NCBI GenBank assembly: GCA_023898425.1
Contig: CP060222.1
Span: 1 to 32,000, forward strand
Origin: Candidatus Saccharimonadota bacterium
GTDB lineage: Bacteria; Patescibacteriota; Patescibacteriia; 2-12-FULL-60-25
DNA length: 32,000 bases
Direction of reading: 5' to 3'
Shown: positions 27,263 through 32,000 of the stretch, one piece after another
Layout of the letters: every line of letters starts with the position of its first letter
How positions within the stretch are numbered: the first letter of the stretch is position 1
Position numbers and translations under genes: made by a program
The notes under the pieces: model-generated
Databases searched by the model: none
The model's input: only the letters and a program-made list of their open reading frames with translations
What the model was told of the DNA's origin: nothing

Positions 27263-27275
27263 AAGACTAATCGTT

Positions 27276-29288
27276 ATGTCATTTCGCTCCTTTCTTTCAA
27301 CGAATTATCGATCAAAGCGCTCGCTTGCATTTGTATTGCTTGGAGCGCTTTTTGTATCGTTGATGCCAATGGTGCCTTCTGTTGCTTGGACGCGTTCTGA
27401 TTACGCATCAAGCCTTATTGTGGTGCATGCGCCATCGATCATGAACCCTGGCAAAGAAGCTGAGGTTGAGATGGTATTAAAAAACACTGGATCTGCCCCA
27501 TGGTATAAAACGGGCACAAATTTTGTCTCTCTTTATCATTATGACGGTGTCAAAAAGCTAGAGGTCCCAAGTGCTTTTGGTCCAGCGGGTTGGGATGCGA
27601 GTGAACGTCCAGCAAAACTACCGGTAGATCGTGTTAATCCTGGAGAAACAGTCACAATCCGTTTTCCTCTTATCGCACCAGCAAGAACGGGTACCTATGA
27701 TCTTGATTTTCTTCTTGTCGCAGAAAACTTGATCCGTATGGGGGGAGGACGCGCGAAATTTTCAATCAATGTCACGGGTGATCCTGTAGCTACTTCGGTA
27801 CTACCATCTTCGCCAACACAGGCGAGTGCTTTTGCTCCAAAGCCACAGCAAATCGTTGTACCAGAGCAACCATCGGATGCATCGTATGCGGGTTTTCTCA
27901 TGTTGCGTTCTGATGCTGAGATGGTTGTAAGTGGTAATGGTCGTAAGCAATTTTCGTTCGGATTTAAAAATAATGGTACGGCTACCTGGAGTTCACGCTC
28001 CGTTAAGGTGAGCGGTATTCAGCCAGCGCTCGGTGACCGCTTGGGCTCGGTGCGTGATGACTCCTGGTTGGATGCTTCAACGCCTATCAGTCTTACGGGG
28101 ATTACAAATCCAGGTGAGTTAGCTTTTGTTACTTTTAGCTTGCAAGGTCCAGCAAAGGCAGGTGTCTATACTGCGCGTTTTCAACTCTACGCAGACAATA
28201 AACAGGTAGAAGGAGCTTTTGTAGAAATTCCTATCACCGTAACAGCCGATGGGTATATTGAGCCTGAGACAATAAAGCCCGTTGTAACACCAGCGCAAAC
28301 CCCTGCGCCAACGCCAGCACCTACACCAGTGGCGGCTCCACCAACAACACCGATCTCAAGCTTTGTATTAAATCCAAAACCGCTTAACGGTGATAGCTCG
28401 ACGTTACCTGATCAGCCATTGATTCGTGTCGGTTTATTAAATCCAGAAGACTATGCGATGACGGTTAAAGCAAGTCACGTGCCATTACAGGTATTGAACA
28501 ATGGTGCACTCGTTTGTACCGTGCCGATGAACGAAGAGATCGAAGTTTCTTATAGCAAGGTTACAAGTAAGTATTCTTTAAGTGGTTCAACGTGTGGCAA
28601 TGTCTCATCGAGTGCTTGGTATGTTGTTCGTGCAAATGACGGGATTTCACCAATCACCCTCACAGATTATGTACGTCCAGTGAGTTGGTTGCCTGGCGCC
28701 AATGACAATACCTTTAGAGCGCAGCTTGAACTTCGTTACGCTTCTAAACCAGATGAAATTTGGGTTATTAACGAGCTACCGATTGAATCCTATCTAAAAG
28801 GTATTGCAGAAACATCTAATGTAAGTCCGGCTCAGTATCAGCGCGCATTATTAACCGGCGCTCGTACCTATGCTATGTATCACGTGAATCGTGGTACCAA
28901 GCACGCATCACAAAACTTTATTGTTGATGCAACCTATGACCAGGTCTATCGTGGCTATGGTCAAGAAGCAAGAACACCTACAATTAGCGCAGCCGTTGAT
29001 GCAACACGCGGACAAATCGTGACCTATAAAGGCAAGCTTGCTATCACGCCTTATTTCTCACGCTCTGATGGACGTACGCGTAACTACGAAGATGTATGGG
29101 GAGGTCAGCCTATCGATTGGCTCAAAGCCGTAAATGCTCCGGGTGATGAAGGCAAAACACTTTGGGGTCACGGTGTTGGTCTTTCAGCATCAAGTGCGCT
29201 CTATATGGATGCGACACTAGGTAAAAACTACGAACAAATCTTAAAGCAATTCTATACAGGGATTGAGCTAATGAAGGCTTATAAATAA
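27276..29288 (+). CDS. SpoIID/LytB-domain peptidoglycan-remodelling protein with N-terminal tandem Ig-like (NBR1/CARDB-like) domains
   Basis: ATG at 27276 (MSFRSFLSTNY..., TM anchor). Two similar N-terminal domains (EVEMVLKNTGSAPWYKTG... and FSFGFKNNGTATWSSRS...) are followed by a Pro/Thr linker. The C-terminus YLKGIAETSNVSPAQYQRALLTGARTYAMYH..DQVYRGYG..AVDATRGQIVTY..PYFSRSDGRTRN..WGHGVGLSASSAL..QILKQFYTGIEL matches the SpoIID pattern. Confidence 0.8.
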   Translation: MSFRSFLSTNYRSKRSLAFVLLGALFVSLMPMVPSVAWTRSDYASSLIVVHAPSIMNPGKEAEVEMVLKNTGSAPWYKTGTNFVSLYHYDGVKKLEVPSAFGPAGWDASERPAKLPVDRVNPGETVTIRFPLIAPARTGTYDLDFLLVAENLIRMGGGRAKFSINVTGDPVATSVLPSSPTQASAFAPKPQQIVVPEQPSDASYAGFLMLRSDAEMVVSGNGRKQFSFGFKNNGTATWSSRSVKVSGIQPALGDRLGSVRDDSWLDASTPISLTGITNPGELAFVTFSLQGPAKAGVYTARFQLYADNKQVEGAFVEIPITVTADGYIEPETIKPVVTPAQTPAPTPAPTPVAAPPTTPISSFVLNPKPLNGDSSTLPDQPLIRVGLLNPEDYAMTVKASHVPLQVLNNGALVCTVPMNEEIEVSYSKVTSKYSLSGSTCGNVSSSAWYVVRANDGISPITLTDYVRPVSWLPGANDNTFRAQLELRYASKPDEIWVINELPIESYLKGIAETSNVSPAQYQRALLTGARTYAMYHVNRGTKHASQNFIVDATYDQVYRGYGQEARTPTISAAVDATRGQIVTYKGKLAITPYFSRSDGRTRNYEDVWGGQPIDWLKAVNAPGDEGKTLWGHGVGLSASSALYMDATLGKNYEQILKQFYTGIELMKAYK

Positions 29289-29310
29289 ACAAAAAATAAC
29301 AATACATTTT

Positions 29311-30042
29311 ATGACAAATGAAAAAAACACATCAAATACAGAGGCAACAGCAGAAAAAGGTATGCATGGTACTATCGTAGAGATTCAGCAATTAGGTGAA
29401 TCTCGTAAAGTCACTAGAGATCAAGAACGTATTGGTATTCAAGCGTTAGAAAGCCCTGACTTTGCTCTCATAGCAAATCGCGCTCTCAATCAAGGTACAG
29501 ATCCTGAATTGCTCAATCGCACTGTTCCTGAGTCGGTAAATAAAATTGCTGAGATTCTCGGTTTGACCCCAGAACAAGCAACAGAAGCTATTTCATTAGC
29601 TCATCAACGTGGCCCTGGTGCGCTTGGTGTCGATTCGTCTGAAGAGTGGTTGTGGTTGGTATTAGCAAAGCACTCGGCAGATGAATCTAAAGCAAATAAT
29701 GATCCTGCAAAAACATTGGCCGATACTGCGCGCAAGATCGTCGCCTTTGAGCAGTACGCAAATCAGGCAACAGACCCAATGGGTGACGCTAAAGCCTTTC
29801 GCGGTGAGATGTTAGAGAAAGTGCAGCCTACTGGCATGGCGCCGCTCGGTGCAAATGTCCCATTGTATGAATCAGATCTCGGATTCTATGCTGCCTACCG
29901 TACGGGTCATGCTATTGCTGCCGTCAAAAGCACCGACGGCCTCGTCTTCTACGGTACGGATGGTTCAATCGATCTAGAGAAGGCCGGTATCAAGGTTGAT
30001 AAAGTTCTCTCGCCTACATTTGGTATCGTTTTTCCAGAATAA
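29311..30042 (+). CDS. Hypothetical protein (243 aa)
   Basis: Intact ORF 22 nt after the SpoIID stop, so probably co-transcribed. No recognised motif. Confidence 0.55.
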   Translation: MTNEKNTSNTEATAEKGMHGTIVEIQQLGESRKVTRDQERIGIQALESPDFALIANRALNQGTDPELLNRTVPESVNKIAEILGLTPEQATEAISLAHQRGPGALGVDSSEEWLWLVLAKHSADESKANNDPAKTLADTARKIVAFEQYANQATDPMGDAKAFRGEMLEKVQPTGMAPLGANVPLYESDLGFYAAYRTGHAIAAVKSTDGLVFYGTDGSIDLEKAGIKVDKVLSPTFGIVFPE

Positions 30043-30070
30043 AAAACATCCGCCATTGGCGGATGTTTTT
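30042..30070 (+). terminator. Intrinsic terminator
   Basis: catccgcc-att-ggcggatg followed by T5 and preceded by A6. Confidence 0.8.
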
Positions 30071-30194
30071 ACGAATGCTTTAAACGAATTTTGTAAGTAT
30101 GCTTTTGTGTTCAATAACAGCATGATACTATCTTGATATGTACCTAGGAGTAATCATATTAGCGTCTGTGACGTAAATAGTAAAACAAAGCATC

Positions 30195-31739
30195 ATGTCA
30201 TTTAAAAACCCATTTACCGGAAGTGAAAAACCTTCTGCTCCAAAAGCACCAGAAGAGAGAAAACGCCCAAAAAGCAAAATAAAAAATCTTGCAAAAACGG
30301 TAGGCTTCATAGCCGGCATGACAGCTGCTTCTCAAGGAGCTTATGCGCAGGCTCCCAGTAGGGCTGTTGACGAGGTTACAGAAGACGCCTCGGCTCAGCA
30401 AGAAAGAAGAGGTGATTCTAGAGTGCTAAGAGCAAGCTCTTTTGAAGAGTATTCTGATCTTACAACTGCCCTTAGAGCTGAAGCTTCGACCTATCTCGGC
30501 GAACATGTAGCTCCAGAGGTAAATATTGAAATGAATGGCCTTGTCCCTGTGGCAGTGAGTAATGGTTTTGATCGATATCGTTCTGTCGCGGAGAATAATT
30601 GGAGGCTTACCGCATTAAGTCTGCCTTCTGAAGAGGAAAATAGAGCACCTTTGTTGAATTTTTTGAATACAGGAGCGTTGCCTACTTTTATTGAATCGGG
30701 TCAGTCTCATCAAGTTGATGGGTCTGATAGACCAAGTCTAAATTTAGGGGAGATAAATCTTTATATCACGGAAGGTATCAACGAAGAGAGGGAGGTAACA
30801 CCATCAGGCACGACACTTACGGAACGATATCAGATGACAATTTCAGCAATAGACCCTAATATCGAACTTCTTGCAGAAAACGCAACTAGGTCTTCAATAA
30901 GAAACATTTCGGTAGGAGTTGGTTTTAGTGAAGCACAAGCCCTCGATACAGCTATTCGAAATTACATAAAACAGTTTTGCAGACGTATCTATAGTGCGAC
31001 TCCGCGTACGGTTGGATCCGTACAATACAACGAGGGTGATATGGCTCGGGAGTTAAGTATTTCGCATGAAAGCATCCAAACGGCGATCCTTGATTTACGG
31101 GTTGTAGATATTTCACACGATGCTCAATACGGTACATATACAGTGTTTATCTCTGCAATTAATGGCCAGTTAGATCTATCAAATACAGCTATGCAGATCT
31201 CAGAAGGTGTAAGCGCTGAAGATTATCAACAAAGGCAACTAAGGTTAGGTAATCTTGTGAGACAACGATCCGCGCAGCCACAAGTGAGTAATATTCTTTT
31301 AGATGACCCTTTTCATTCTACAGATATATATAGTCCAGAATATACAAATCGTTTTAATACGGGGATTACAGAAACTAGATCGCTACGTGAAGGTCTACAA
31401 GCGCGCAATCCTCGCGCTCCCATAATTGAAGAACCTGTTTTAGCGCAAGAAAGAACGAATATGGGGTTGCGTTTAGCGATACTACCTCAGAATGCTCGAA
31501 TCGAGACGGATGATAATGAGGGTATCATTAACCTGGAAGGTATGAATGAAGAAGAGCGCACAAGAGCTCTGACGGTAAACTCTGCTAGAGATCTTAGTGC
31601 AGAGCGCAGAGAAAGAATTGCAGCAGCGCAAAGATCTCTTTCTGTTCACCGAAGCCGCTCTAGCGCAAACGCTACACCATCACGTGCAGGTTGGGTGCGT
31701 CGTTTAGACCAAGTACTACGTGGACAGTTTCGATTCTAA
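30195..31739 (+). CDS. Hypothetical exported or membrane-anchored protein (514 aa)
   Basis: Intact ORF. A basic N-terminus is followed by the hydrophobic segment TVGFIAGMTAASQGAYAQAP (signal or anchor). The C-terminus is Arg-rich. No recognised domain. Confidence 0.55.
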   Translation: MSFKNPFTGSEKPSAPKAPEERKRPKSKIKNLAKTVGFIAGMTAASQGAYAQAPSRAVDEVTEDASAQQERRGDSRVLRASSFEEYSDLTTALRAEASTYLGEHVAPEVNIEMNGLVPVAVSNGFDRYRSVAENNWRLTALSLPSEEENRAPLLNFLNTGALPTFIESGQSHQVDGSDRPSLNLGEINLYITEGINEEREVTPSGTTLTERYQMTISAIDPNIELLAENATRSSIRNISVGVGFSEAQALDTAIRNYIKQFCRRIYSATPRTVGSVQYNEGDMARELSISHESIQTAILDLRVVDISHDAQYGTYTVFISAINGQLDLSNTAMQISEGVSAEDYQQRQLRLGNLVRQRSAQPQVSNILLDDPFHSTDIYSPEYTNRFNTGITETRSLREGLQARNPRAPIIEEPVLAQERTNMGLRLAILPQNARIETDDNEGIINLEGMNEEERTRALTVNSARDLSAERRERIAAAQRSLSVHRSRSSANATPSRAGWVRRLDQVLRGQFRF

Positions 31740-31750
31740 TCGAATTTAAT

Positions 31751-31786
31751 AATATACCCCCACATGTGTGGGGGTATATTATTTTT
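31751..31786. terminator. Bidirectional terminator between the 514-aa gene and clpP
   Basis: atataccccca-catg-tgggggtatat palindrome followed by atttttatt. Confidence 0.75.
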
Positions 31787-31800
31787 ATTGATTGCGGGGT

Positions 31801-32000
31801 TTAAGCTGTTTTTGTAATCACCTTATCAACGAGTCCGTAGGCAACAGCTTCTTTGGCTTCCATGAAGTTATCGCGTTCGGTGTCTTGTTCGATTTTTTTC
31901 ATTGGTTGGCCGGTATGTTTTACGAGAATCTTATTAAGTTGATCGCGCGTTTTTAAAATACGTTCTGCATGAATCTTGATATCAGATGCTTGGCCTTGTG
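31801..32000 (-). CDS. clpP: ATP-dependent Clp protease proteolytic subunit ClpP, C-terminal 66 aa only (5' end beyond window)
   Basis: Reverse translation gives ..[65 protein letters not shown]. This matches the conserved ClpP C-terminus (GQA.DI.I.A.EIL..R..L...LA.HTGQ....I..D..RD.FM.A.EA..YGL.D.V). Confidence 0.85.
   Translation of the reverse strand, partial: QGQASDIKIHAERILKTRDQLNKILVKHTGQPMKKIEQDTERDNFMEAKEAVAYGLVDKVITKTA

Overview
About 42% GC fragment, probably from a small-genome uncultivated bacterium of the Patescibacteria/CPR type. That placement is inferred from gene content: unlinked 23S-5S rRNA with expansion hairpins, DM13, SpoIID, LytR_C, cohesin/dockerin modules and a giant Thr/Asn-rich surface protein. 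The standard genetic code fits. Layout, left to right: (1) a 3'-truncated secreted repeat protein, a DM13 protein and tRNA-Leu(UAG). (2) An accessory-looking stretch (2.3-9.2 kb) of orphan proteins, each with its own hairpin terminator. It holds two divergent SIR2 genes (one with the catalytic His displaced, one inside a GC-rich two-gene insert), an acidic tandem-repeat protein, and a tightly coupled minus-strand operon: rlmH, two paralogous 49-aa sORFs, a 482-aa orphan and a 58-aa sORF. (3) A consensus promoter and strong terminator bracketing an unassigned ~180-nt RNA, followed by a 23S-5S operon with no 16S and a long leader/trailer processing helix. (4) A cell-envelope/surface cluster: hexapeptide-repeat protein, Wzx/MurJ-like flippase, secreted dockerin protein, membrane-anchored cohesin protein, and a ~2730-aa fibre/beta-propeller/phage-appendage-like giant protein with mosaic internal duplications. 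(5) A LytR_C protein, a SpoIID-domain protein, two orphans and the 3' end of clpP. No CRISPR array, transposase, integrase or rRNA intron was seen. The best candidate for something new is the cohesin-dockerin plus giant fibre locus, followed by the sORF-coupled orphan operon, the atypical SIR2 pair and the orphan RNA upstream of the 23S. All homology calls come from motif recognition by eye, not searches.
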